DNA of 64,000 bases from the NCBI GenBank assembly GCA_963664115.2, contig CAXWPJ010000009.1, positions 1,088,001-1,152,000 on the forward strand, written 5' to 3'. Made by a program: the position numbers and the translations under genes. Positions 10,599-19,657 of this stretch are shown here, in pieces. Numbering within the stretch: position 1 is the first letter of the stretch; each line of letters starts with the position of its first letter. The notes beneath the pieces are model-generated. The model had not been told where the DNA came from, ran no database searches, and saw only the letters and a program-made list of their open reading frames with translations. This DNA comes from Terriglobia bacterium. Lineage in GTDB: Bacteria; Acidobacteriota; Terriglobia; 20CM-2-55-15.

Positions 10599-10767
10599 GG
10601 CCATGGCTGCCGCAGCGGTCGATATGCACAACGTTGGAGCGTCGATGCCAGAAAGGAGCGTTGAAATGAAGCGGGACAAGGTCCCTCCGTTCGAGCGGCG
10701 GAGGTCCCAGTCGCGATTGCGCCTCGGACATTAGACTTTACGCCTTCCCTGAGCCCGGCCTCCGCTC

Positions 10768-11466
10768 TTAGTTGGTGCCCCCGCCGAAGGTAAACGTTTG
10801 GTCCGGGTCGACCTCGGGTGCGTTGAAGTAAAGGCCACCGTGGCCCGCTCGGCTTCCGTCCTCTTCAAAGAGAGAGATCGACTGGTGAAATATCGCGGGC
10901 GGCGGGCCGTTTTCCGGCGCCGTTTCTTCCAGTATGTAGAGCCAGTTGTGGTGCATGTAGATGTTAACGAAGATCCGGGCCTGGTCGGCGTTGTTGATCA
11001 GTTGCAACTGATGGACCTCGGGCCCTTGACCCAACCAGTTCCACATGTAGTCGGTCACCGTGACGTCGCTCTTCAGATACTGGGACGTCACGTAGATCAT
11101 CGCGCCCCGAATATCGGTCTTCCAGTACCCGGCACCATTGTTGTCTGAACGTCTGGCGGCGGTCGTTCCCTCGCACCCTGCCAGACCCGGTGGGCAGATT
11201 TTCCCTTTTTCGGTGAGTATCTCCACGATCGGGTTGTAATCCACCACGGTCGCCGCGTACTTGTTTGCACCCTGCTCTACGGTGTAGACACGCCCCGGCA
11301 GCATCGCCCCGTATTCGCTCTCCCAGAGGATCTCGGTGACTTCCGGCTCGCCGGGGTAATTAGCGGAGAAGCGGTCCTCCATGCTGGTGAACGTGCGCCA
11401 CTCCTGGGCGAAGGACGTCCCCAGCGACAGCGCAAAGACGACGACAAACGATACAATCTGTCTCAT
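10768..11466 (-). CDS. Secreted hypothetical protein, DUF6152 partner family B
   Basis: FAQEW..FTS.EDRFS..PGEP...LYILE...P.IFHQS; homologous to 44056 and 52131 genes. Confidence 0.8.
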   Translation of the reverse strand: MRQIVSFVVVFALSLGTSFAQEWRTFTSMEDRFSANYPGEPEVTEILWESEYGAMLPGRVYTVEQGANKYAATVVDYNPIVEILTEKGKICPPGLAGCEGTTAARRSDNNGAGYWKTDIRGAMIYVTSQYLKSDVTVTDYMWNWLGQGPEVHQLQLINNADQARIFVNIYMHHNWLYILEETAPENGPPPAIFHQSISLFEEDGSRAGHGGLYFNAPEVDPDQTFTFGGGTN

Positions 11467-11564
11467 GACGATTTTAACTCCCTGAAGCTATGGGGTTTCG
11501 CGTCCAGGTGCGAGCCCGGCTTGACGCGTACAAGAACTGATCTTGTAGATCCAGCGGCTTTCTT

Positions 11565-11945
11565 TCAGAGGTCCTGAGGCACCGGCCGATCCCCATCCCA
11601 GTCTACGACCGTTCCGTCTGGGGCCTTCAGAAATCCCAGTTGGCAGGCGCGGTTGCCGTCCCTCAACGGAAAGCATCGCACCTTGATCGTGTCACCCGGC
11701 TTGATATCTTGATCCCTCTGGGCGCCGCCCTCAAGCGCCCACACCTGCTTCTGGCTGTCGGGGCCGGTCACTTCGATATAGATCCAGGGATGCGGTCTGA
11801 TTTTATGCAACTCCGTGATCACGCCCTCCATATCGATGGGGTCTGGCGCGTAGTTTCCGTGCGCATGGTGCGACCATAGGGGCAGGGTCCCTGCCACCAG
11901 ACCGATCACAGCCAAACCGAGAACCGTTTTGAGACGCATATCCAA
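11565..11945 (-). CDS. DUF6152 family secreted protein
   Basis: SHHAHGNY, EGVITE, RPHPW, WALEGG, C..LRDG..C.LGF. Confidence 0.8.
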   Translation of the reverse strand: MDMRLKTVLGLAVIGLVAGTLPLWSHHAHGNYAPDPIDMEGVITELHKIRPHPWIYIEVTGPDSQKQVWALEGGAQRDQDIKPGDTIKVRCFPLRDGNRACQLGFLKAPDGTVVDWDGDRPVPQDL

Positions 11946-12165
11946 CCTCCGGGGTGATGTGGAAACTTTCTCGACCTTTTACGAAGTCAACGTAGTGTCA
12001 TGATGCCATGATCATGCTTGGATTACCTACTCTTTACCTACTCCTACCCTCGAATAGACCAGGGGGCCTCGGAGTATAGAGAACTAATAGCCCTCGGCCC
12101 GATAAGCAAGCCTATCTTCGAGATCGACTGAATTTTTTGCCTCCACTCTTCAGCGATTACTTTTC

Positions 12166-12420
12166 CTAAGAGAGTTCGCCAATGGATCGCGACCAACAAG
12201 CCGCGAAAGAGAGCGCGTCGCGAATCACGCGTCGCTCGCTTGGACTTTTTTCCTTGGTGAGTTGCGACTGTAAGACCGGTTGACTGCGAACGCCTACCGA
12301 CCCCACCAAGGCGTCGACTGCGGCTGCTCGGATTTGCTCATCCTTGTCGCGAAGCCGCCGCTTGAGGAAGCTTACAGTTCTTTTGTCGTCAACGCCCGAC
12401 AGCGCCTGAGAGATTGATTC
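12166..12420 (-). pseudogene. HEAT-repeat protein fragment
   Basis: L.DKDEQIRAAAVDAL HEAT-like repeat; no start of its own, truncated at the tRNA duplicate. Confidence 0.45.
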
Positions 12421-12426
12421 TAGAAG

Positions 12427-12489
12427 TGCCGGAGGGGGGACTTGAACCCCCACGAGACTAAGTCTCGGCAGATTTTGAGTCTGCTGCGT
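12427..12489 (-). repeat. att-like duplicate of the 3' 63 nt of tRNA-Leu
   Basis: Identical to 13607..13669. Confidence 0.95.
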
Positions 12490-12518
12490 ATGAACGTAAC
12501 TATATTATATTGAACTAG

Positions 12519-12905
12519 TTATAGCGACAACAGATGTGTATGTGTGAAGGAGCTGTGTAAGGGGCCATAGACTGAAGAACTGCAACCTTCTCCTAGGCGG
12601 ACCGTTTGACTAACGCGTGGTGTGGTTCGTATCGCTCGAACCTTGATCTTATCCTGACGCTGACGCGACTGCGCCAGATCGTAGGCGGCCTGCAGTCGTA
12701 TCCACTGATCGGCTGTCGACCACCCGAGCTTTTCCAGGCGGATAGCCATCTCGGGCGAAATGCCTGCCTTTTCATTGATTAAGTTGTTCAAGGTCTGGCG
12801 TGTCACACCTAGAAGTTTGGCGGCCCTGGTGACTGTCAACTCCAGAGCCTCGATACAATCCTGGCGGACAATACGGCCTGGGTGAGGCGGACTCTTCATC
12901 GGCAT
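12519..12905 (-). CDS. higA: HigA family antitoxin (HTH XRE)
   Basis: MPMKSPPHPG...VT.AAKLLGVTRQTL..LIN.KAGISPEMAIRL...W..LQAAYDL. Confidence 0.9.
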   Translation of the reverse strand: MPMKSPPHPGRIVRQDCIEALELTVTRAAKLLGVTRQTLNNLINEKAGISPEMAIRLEKLGWSTADQWIRLQAAYDLAQSRQRQDKIKVRAIRTTPRVSQTVRLGEGCSSSVYGPLHSSFTHTHLLSL

Positions 12906-12919
12906 CGCAGTATCCTCCT

Positions 12920-13040
12920 TTAATGGTAGTCGATCAATTCTAGATCGTGGGCATCACCTCGTTCGAACCTGAAGCTGATGCGCCAGTTTTCCTTGACCGT
13001 CAGCGACCAATAACCCCCGAGCTGTCCTCTGAGTGGGTTC
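12920..13040 (-). pseudogene. higB: HigB (RelE-like) toxin, C-terminal remnant
   Basis: PLRGQLGGYWSLTVKENWRISFRFE.GDA.D.ELIDYH directly upstream of higA; N-terminal half unrecognisable. Confidence 0.8.
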
Positions 13041-13184
13041 GGTTTGGTGGCTGTCTTATCAGTGCAGATTGCACGAAAAGGTGCGTGGTTTTGGAGTATG
13101 GCCGTCCGACTGCCGATTGGGCCCTTGGTGTCCTCCACAAGCATGTGCTTTGTGGATCCCATTTCGTGTGACACACTCCACGTA

Positions 13185-13391
13185 ATGAGACGAGAATTCG
13201 CAGCGACGGTGTGGCAGGAAGGTGACTGGTATGTGTCCCAATGCTTGGAAGTCGACGTTGCCAGTCAAGGTGAAACCGAAGACGAGGCTCTGAGAAATCT
13301 TCAGGAAGCGCTTGCTCTGCATTTCGAACCACCGCAGGCGACCCGTCCGCCGAAGGTACGGACTGTTGAGGTCGAGGTTGGGGCGCCTTAA
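13185..13391 (+). CDS. hicB: Short HicB family antitoxin
   Basis: VWQEGDWYVSQCLEVDVASQGETEDEAL.NL.EAL.L. Confidence 0.88.
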   Translation: MRREFAATVWQEGDWYVSQCLEVDVASQGETEDEALRNLQEALALHFEPPQATRPPKVRTVEVEVGAP

Positions 13392-13602
13392 ACCCCTTCC
13401 TTATCGGGAAGTGAGACGTCGTCTGGAATCTGCCGGTTTTCGCGAGGTCAGCCAGAAGGGCAGCCACGTCAAGTTTGCCCGGGTCGGCGGCGATACGACC
13501 GATACAGCAATTGTCCCCCGCAAGAGCGAAATTCCGGTGGGGACGCTGCGCAGTATTTTGCATCAGGCCCACATCGATACCGACGAATGGGACTCGTTTT
13601 GA
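13378..13602 (+). CDS. hicA: HicA family mRNA interferase toxin
   Basis: L..AGF.EVSQKGSHVKF...IVP...EIPVGTLRSIL.QA; TTG start overlapping hicB. Confidence 0.88.
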   Translation: MGRLKPLPYREVRRRLESAGFREVSQKGSHVKFARVGGDTTDTAIVPRKSEIPVGTLRSILHQAHIDTDEWDSF

Positions 13603-13606
13603 AAGA

Positions 13607-13690
13607 TGCCGGAGGGGGGACTTGAACCCCCACGAGACTAAGTCTCGGCAGATTTTGAGTCTGCTGCGTCTGCCATTCCGCCACTCCGGC
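13607..13690 (-). tRNA. tRNA-Leu (CAA)
   Basis: GCCGGAGTGGCGGAATGGCAGACGCA GCAGA-CTCAAAA-TCTGC, long variable arm, GGTTCAAGTCC, CTCCGGCA; CCA not encoded. Confidence 0.97.
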
Positions 13691-13954
13691 GAGAGTGCGA
13701 ACTCTCGGGCCCGTGTCGCAGGGTGAGCCCAGACGATTTTGTCACAGCCTCCTATCCGGAGTCCAACGGGCCTGGGGTTCACCCGACGGAGACGTTTCGT
13801 TTTTCTCAGACGATCGCGGTTTCGTCCTTCCCCGGACCTTCTGGCCGTCCGCTGATATCTGGCCGCCAGACGATTTGTAAGCGATAACCTGCTACTCTAT
13901 ATTGCTCTAGCTTTAGAACGAACCCGGCAGCGCATTATTAAATAGGAGTACACA

Positions 13955-14083
13955 ATGGGCGAATCGAAGTCGAAAAAACCCAAATGCACCCGCTGTGGCA
14001 ACGCACATGCCGTTTCAGCGATCAGTCATTGGAAAAAGGGTTGGTTTATGTGCAGGGTGTGTAATATCCGCTGGGAGGGATAA
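13955..14083 (+). CDS. 42-aa zinc-ribbon microprotein
   Basis: AGGAG RBS; MGESKSKKPKCTRCG...CRVCNIRWEG has two CxxC; below the ORF-track cutoff. Confidence 0.65.
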   Translation: MGESKSKKPKCTRCGNAHAVSAISHWKKGWFMCRVCNIRWEG

Positions 14084-14230
14084 TTAGCGAGATTGGTAAA
14101 TTGATTGATGGTTGAGAGCCACGAATCGACTGCCAAGAGCGGCTCGTGTCTCGGAGGCTTTCAACGGGTCACTATTAAACGGTGCTTCTCACGCGCCACT
14201 TCCGCATCTGGCACTGCCGCTTGAAACATT

Positions 14231-14926
14231 TCACTGTCGGGCCGACCGCGGCCCGATTAGTTTTCTTGCAAGCCCGAAGACTTCATCCAACATCTCTTCA
14301 GTCAGCCTGCCGGTGAAAGTGTTCTGTTGGCTCGGGTGATAGGACCCGATGAGGGCGATGGGGCCAGCCAGTTCGGTGGATTTGCAATGGCCGAATTTTG
14401 GCGCCGGTTTCGGGTTCTCCAGTCCCAGTTCTTTCCGGGCCTGCAGATACATGCGGAAACCCACCTGGCCCAGGCAGACCACGACTCTCAAACTTTTCAG
14501 GCGCTGCAATTCGTCCAGGAAATAGGGCCGGCACCGGGTCATTTCCTCCGGTGTCGGTTTGTTCCCCGGAGGAGCGCAGTGGGCTGCGGCGGTAATCAGG
14601 CAATCGGTGAGTCGGAGTCCGTCGTTGCGGTCGGTGGAGGTGGCCTGGTTGGCAAAGCCCGCCCGGTGCAGAGCACGGAAGAGCCAGTCCCCGGATCGAT
14701 CGCCAGTGAACATTCTTCCAGTCCGGTTCGAGCCGTGGGCTCCGGGCGCCAGACCGACCACCAGCAACCTGGCTTTGCGGTCTCCGAAGCTGGGCACGGG
14801 CCGGCCCCAGTAGTCCCATTCCTGGAAACGCCGGGTCTTCTTTTCGGCAACGTCCTCGCGGTGAGCCACCAGGCGGGGGCATCGCCGGCAGGACGTGATC
14901 TCAGCGAATGAGGGCCACGACGCCAT
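14231..14926 (-). CDS. Uracil-DNA glycosylase family 5 (UdgB-like)
   Basis: CRRCPRL, GLAPGAHGSNRTGRMFTGDRSG, CAPPGNKP, YHPSQQNT. Confidence 0.92.
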   Translation of the reverse strand: MASWPSFAEITSCRRCPRLVAHREDVAEKKTRRFQEWDYWGRPVPSFGDRKARLLVVGLAPGAHGSNRTGRMFTGDRSGDWLFRALHRAGFANQATSTDRNDGLRLTDCLITAAAHCAPPGNKPTPEEMTRCRPYFLDELQRLKSLRVVVCLGQVGFRMYLQARKELGLENPKPAPKFGHCKSTELAGPIALIGSYHPSQQNTFTGRLTEEMLDEVFGLARKLIGPRSARQ

Positions 14927-15659
14927 TCTCAATAATGATGGTGGTTCCACCGAAGATCATCGTTTCCGAATTTCTTTTGAGGATCGCTACCCTGGGTCTG
15001 CCAAAACGTGCGATCACTTCGTCTCGGGAGGTCCCAGCGACGATGTTGACGACGGGTTGGTTTCCGGAATGACGATTGCGTCCCCTGACGGCGATGGCCG
15101 GTCCGATTCCAGGCTGAAAAATTTGAACGCCCGGCTGAACGCCGATCGGAGTCCGCGGGCGGCGGTTGGTAAAGACCCTTCCCGTCCCGGGTGTGATTAC
15201 CGTTACGCCCGGTGCGACGACGGGATGGGTGGGTGTTCGAGGTTCATGTCTACGAGCATTGTTCGGTGCAATATTGATGGCCGGAGGACCGACGAAAACG
15301 ACCGCGCCTCTGGGTACAACCATTCCGCCTTGGGTAAAAGTCCCGCCGCGACGGGGAAAAGCCGTTCCGAGTTGGGGAAACCCTCTGCCGCGTTGAGGAA
15401 AGGTTCGTCCACCTTGAGGGAAGGCTGTCCCATGTTGGGGAAAGATTGATCCATGTTGGGGAAAGGCTGATCCACGGCGAGACTGGACGACACCGGCACC
15501 TCTGTGGGCAGGCGGCGTCCGGACGCGGCCATGCTGTCCAATTTGGGCATGTTGGGGTCTGGAACCGATGCCGACGATAAACCCCGCCTGCTGTGCTCGA
15601 ACTCCGGCAGGGAACGCAAGCAGAATAGCGAGTGTCGCAAAGATCGCTTTATTCTTCAT
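14901..15659 (-). CDS. Secreted protein with FPQxGxx heptad repeats and small C-terminal domain
   Basis: Signal peptide; 7 tandem heptads; GTSRDEVIARFGRP (SmpA/BamE-like) tail. Confidence 0.7.
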   Translation of the reverse strand: MKNKAIFATLAILLAFPAGVRAQQAGFIVGIGSRPQHAQIGQHGRVRTPPAHRGAGVVQSRRGSAFPQHGSIFPQHGTAFPQGGRTFPQRGRGFPQLGTAFPRRGGTFTQGGMVVPRGAVVFVGPPAINIAPNNARRHEPRTPTHPVVAPGVTVITPGTGRVFTNRRPRTPIGVQPGVQIFQPGIGPAIAVRGRNRHSGNQPVVNIVAGTSRDEVIARFGRPRVAILKRNSETMIFGGTTIIIENGVVALIR

Positions 15660-15773
15660 GACCGAGTCCTCCTGGGATTTCCTACCCTATTCAGACGGAT
15701 GGTTTTCCTGAAAGTCGTCCGATAGTTTCGATTATAACGCTTAGTCTGTCTGTGAAGGTGATCGTCTGGGGCC

Positions 15774-16502
15774 GTGATAGAATTGCCACATCCCGACGGC
15801 CTATTTCCGATGCAACGCGCACCCTCTAAACGGACACCTTTCCGGACACGTTTCGCACTGCCCATAGTTGTAGGCCTGATGGTCGTAGGCTCTGTATCCT
15901 CAAATGCCGCGCAGTTCGACAACGTAGGCGTTTTGCGCGATTTACTTGATTCAGACTTTGATACCGCGATCGAGCATCTCGCCGTCTGGAATCGAACGCT
16001 GATCCGGGACCTTCAGATAACGGCTCCGGACGATGCGATCGCATTCGAGGCCCGGCTGGAAGCACCCGAGGCGCTTCCGTCCACAAATATCCTTCCCTTG
16101 GGGGATTCCAATTTCGGGCGGGGGCTCGTGACCTTTCTGTTTGACGAAGATCTTTCGGTCGAACAGGTCAACCTCCTGTTTTGCGACGAACGCGTTGGCG
16201 CGATCCAGGTTCTCTTCGACGACGTCGAAACCTTCGGTGATACTGAACAGTTGCTGAGTCGCGTCCATGGCATGGGGCCTGCCGTCCCTTTCGGTTCCCA
16301 CGCGCCCGCCTTCCGCTACCCCTTGCCCGGCGTGGCCTACGATGAATCCGGGGATTGGAGCCTCGAGGTCGGAGCCTCGCCCGTCACGGTCTGGAACATG
16401 GGAACCCTCGAAGCGCTCTACCAACCCGTAGCCGGCCAACGGGTCATCACCGGCCAGTTCTGGTTGACCAGCAGGGAACTAGCCTCAAGTTGCTCCGGGT
16501 AA
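15774..16502 (+). CDS. Hypothetical exported protein
   Basis: 242-aa ORF with N-terminal hydrophobic segment; start uncertain. Confidence 0.6.
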   Translation: MIELPHPDGLFPMQRAPSKRTPFRTRFALPIVVGLMVVGSVSSNAAQFDNVGVLRDLLDSDFDTAIEHLAVWNRTLIRDLQITAPDDAIAFEARLEAPEALPSTNILPLGDSNFGRGLVTFLFDEDLSVEQVNLLFCDERVGAIQVLFDDVETFGDTEQLLSRVHGMGPAVPFGSHAPAFRYPLPGVAYDESGDWSLEVGASPVTVWNMGTLEALYQPVAGQRVITGQFWLTSRELASSCSG

Positions 16503-16581
16503 CAAAATGGGGTCAGAGCCCTATTTCCCCTATTTCTCAATCTGCATGTTTAAGGGTCTTCTCAGGGTAATCTGAGTACCC

Positions 16582-19500
16582 ATGACCTCTCCTGTTGCCA
16601 ATCTCATTGAGACGCTGTCTTCGACCCCGGGCCTGGAGGTCAAAGAGGCCGGCAGTACGATGCTGGCGGCGCTGTCTGGTGGGACTGTATCCATTGAGGC
16701 ATTTCAGGAAGATCCTCGTGTTCTGATGCGTTCGGAGCACGGTGTTTCCCGCTATCTGGCGCAGGTGGTTTGGCGTGCCATCGGGGGGGGTTACGAATCT
16801 CTCGATGAAATCGTGGCGGGTCTATACGGCGTTCTGGACCGCAATCCACCCGTTATCGAGGCCGCATCACCCGAGAAGGGAGCGGGCGATCCGCGTGTCG
16901 TAATCCCTGAGGCGCGCATACTGCGGGTCGGGCCACTGGTCCGGTCCGATACTGACGGGTGGGAGGCATCCTTCGAGGCTCAGGTGACCAGCGGGCAACT
17001 TCGGAATCAGGAAATAGCAATCCATGCACACGCGTCGGTAAACCCTTCCGCGTGCTTTATCGTTCCATATTTCTGGATCCACGCACGTGTGGCGGCATAC
17101 AACCTCGTTCCAGGCCAGGGCAAGCACTACTCTGCCGGTCCGGACACTTTCTTCGTACTCGAACCCTTGCGTCAGGTCAATGCCACGGCCGTAGCGCGGA
17201 GCCTGCATTGTCCCAAACCCCAAATCGATCAGATCCGGAAAGGGCGGGGAGATGTTACGGTGCACACGCTGAAAGGGATGGTCGTCCATTCGATGTTGGA
17301 CAGGATCATCGAAGGCGAGGATGATCTCGATGCCTGTTATGTGAGGGTGCTTCCCGACTTTCTGGTCCAGTTGGCGTCGATCGCGGATGAATCCTTCGAC
17401 GAAGATGCGTTTCGTGCGGATGTATTCCGGCATGCAAAGGCGCTCAAAGAGTTTGTCGCACTCAATCCGCACATGCGTCGGGATCCTCAAGTGGAGCTGC
17501 GGCGGTATTCAGCGACGATCGGTATTCAGGGCCGTATCGACGCCGTGTTCAAGAGCGAGAACAAGTTGGATATCGTCGAGCTGAAGACGGGCCGGCGCAT
17601 TCGTTCCGAGGATCACGCGCAGCTGTTCATATATCGACTGTTGCTCTCCGATCAGGTCCGTCGTGCGCGGACCCGAAAAGAAGATCCGATCACATTGACC
17701 GCGCGACTGCTCTCATCCCATGACGGCACGAGTACCCCGCTCGGAACCGATACGAATTTTCTCCAGGTCCTCCAGGCGCGAAACCGCATCGTGGCCCATG
17801 CGAACGATCTGGGCCGATCTGAGCCCCATGTGCGTTTGCCTTATGCCGGTTATGAGAGCGAAGTCTGTAATGCGTGTCCGTCCTGGACCCGATCCCGGTG
17901 TGGTGACGACTCCGTGATTTTCGGAGACATGCCGGACGCTGCTGAAGCGCGTGACCTGGCCTACTACCGGAAGTTTTCCCGCCTTGTTCAGCGCGAGGGT
18001 GAATACACGGCCCGGGATCTGGCCGATCTTCTCGACGACAGCCGCCTGGGGTATCGCGTCCGCAATTTCAGAACTTTATGTGGCGCCCGTTGTGTTGGAA
18101 TGGAGTCCGGGTCTTTTACCTTCGAGTTCGAAGAGAACACTTCGGATCTAAACGTCGGCGACCGTGTCGTAATTCATTCGGGAGCGATTTCGAGCACGCC
18201 GTCCTACCACGGTCATTTGAGGTCGATCGATGCACATGCGGTGAATATCCGTATCCCTCTGAACAACATCTCTCGCGACACCTTTGGAGGAGGTCTGTGG
18301 ACGATCGACCGTTTTCCCTCGGATCAAACCTCAACCGCCAGTCAGACCGCGTTGTTCGATTTTCTTCGTGCACCGTCCGGCCCTTTGAAACGTGTAGTTC
18401 TCGGGAACATGGAAAGCCAAATCGATCACGAAGTCGCTCGCGAGTCCCATGCTGTGATCGGCAGCGATGGTGCGGTCACAGATATAACTCCCTCCGGTTT
18501 TAAAACCGGACTCAATTCCCGCCAGGCGCAGGCCGTCGGCCGGGCGATCAGCTGCCCGACGTTTCATCTCATCTGGGGGCCGCCCGGAACGGGGAAGACA
18601 CGCGTCATCCCCGAGATCGTCGCGAATGTTTCAGGCGGCGTACTTCTGGGCGCTTTCACGAACACCGCGCTCGACAAAATGTTGCTGTCGGTATTGGAAG
18701 GACATCCGGAAATGGAGTTCATACGGATGGGCCGTTCCCAGGATTCTCCCGAGCTGGCCCGGCGACTGGGAGAGCGAACCTCAGATTACTTCAGCGAAGA
18801 CCTTGCGGCATCGATCCGGAGTCCGAAGCAACTGCGTCGTCGTTTGGACCAGGCCCCCCTGGTCGCTGCCACAGCGCACCGCGCGTCGAGCCATCCCTAT
18901 CTTCGGGGGCGGTCCTTCGAGATGACTGTTGTTGACGAAGCTGGCCAGTTGACCGAACCCCTCACTCTGGGTCTCATCATGCGTGCCCGGCGATTCGTGC
19001 TGATCGGGGACGATCTGCAGTTGCCCCCCGTGGTGCGCACGAAGGGATTGCAATCCTCTCTGTTCGAACGCTTGAAGGGCCTGGCTCTTCGAGACAAATC
19101 CGATACCCTGACACTTCTTGACGTGCAGTACCGGATGCATCCGGAGATCATGAATGTTTCGAATCGCCTGTACTACGAGGGCGCACTCAAGTCCGGTATC
19201 CAATCCGGCGACCGGCAGCCCCCGACGGGGCAAGCCCTCGTATTTGTTCCTGTCGATTCCGTGTCGGAGGGACGCACGAACCCCGGTGAAGCTTTGGTTG
19301 TTAACGATCTCGTCCGCTCCCTTGCTATCCACACTCCACCCGAAGATATCGGCGTGATTTCGCCCTTCCGGGCACAGGCTGTCTTGCTGAGACGCTTACT
19401 GGAAGGTACCGGTGTGACCGTGGACACGGTCGAGCGCTTCCAGGGTGGAGAGAGGGAGGTGATCGTCCTTTCGTTTGTCCGGTCGCACGGCAGCAATTTT

Positions 19501-19632
19501 GTCTTTGACGACCGCCGCTTCAATGTTGCCATGACCCGGGCCCGCAGAAAACTGGTGCTGGTGGCGCACCCCGATCTGTTTCGGAACACCAAGTACGAAT
19601 GGATATGTGAATTTCAGGAGAGTCAGGACTGA
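16582..19632 (+). CDS. Dna2-like PD-(D/E)XK nuclease fused to SF1 (UPF1-like) helicase
   Basis: HCPK...GRIDA..IVELKTG..Q...Y; C..C......C; WGPPGTGKT, VDEAGQ, GDDLQLPP, QYRMH, TVERFQGGE, NVAMTRAR. Confidence 0.88.
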   Translation: MTSPVANLIETLSSTPGLEVKEAGSTMLAALSGGTVSIEAFQEDPRVLMRSEHGVSRYLAQVVWRAIGGGYESLDEIVAGLYGVLDRNPPVIEAASPEKGAGDPRVVIPEARILRVGPLVRSDTDGWEASFEAQVTSGQLRNQEIAIHAHASVNPSACFIVPYFWIHARVAAYNLVPGQGKHYSAGPDTFFVLEPLRQVNATAVARSLHCPKPQIDQIRKGRGDVTVHTLKGMVVHSMLDRIIEGEDDLDACYVRVLPDFLVQLASIADESFDEDAFRADVFRHAKALKEFVALNPHMRRDPQVELRRYSATIGIQGRIDAVFKSENKLDIVELKTGRRIRSEDHAQLFIYRLLLSDQVRRARTRKEDPITLTARLLSSHDGTSTPLGTDTNFLQVLQARNRIVAHANDLGRSEPHVRLPYAGYESEVCNACPSWTRSRCGDDSVIFGDMPDAAEARDLAYYRKFSRLVQREGEYTARDLADLLDDSRLGYRVRNFRTLCGARCVGMESGSFTFEFEENTSDLNVGDRVVIHSGAISSTPSYHGHLRSIDAHAVNIRIPLNNISRDTFGGGLWTIDRFPSDQTSTASQTALFDFLRAPSGPLKRVVLGNMESQIDHEVARESHAVIGSDGAVTDITPSGFKTGLNSRQAQAVGRAISCPTFHLIWGPPGTGKTRVIPEIVANVSGGVLLGAFTNTALDKMLLSVLEGHPEMEFIRMGRSQDSPELARRLGERTSDYFSEDLAASIRSPKQLRRRLDQAPLVAATAHRASSHPYLRGRSFEMTVVDEAGQLTEPLTLGLIMRARRFVLIGDDLQLPPVVRTKGLQSSLFERLKGLALRDKSDTLTLLDVQYRMHPEIMNVSNRLYYEGALKSGIQSGDRQPPTGQALVFVPVDSVSEGRTNPGEALVVNDLVRSLAIHTPPEDIGVISPFRAQAVLLRRLLEGTGVTVDTVERFQGGEREVIVLSFVRSHGSNFVFDDRRFNVAMTRARRKLVLVAHPDLFRNTKYEWICEFQESQD

Positions 19633-19657
19633 TCTGTGCTGGCTCCGACCGTTTAGC

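Noticed and set aside
12427-12489. Second tRNA-Leu gene
   Set aside because: Lacks the 5' acceptor strand and D-arm; it is an att duplicate
17200-17910. cas4 gene
   Set aside because: The nuclease is fused to an SF1 helicase in Dna2 fashion; no cas1/cas2 or array
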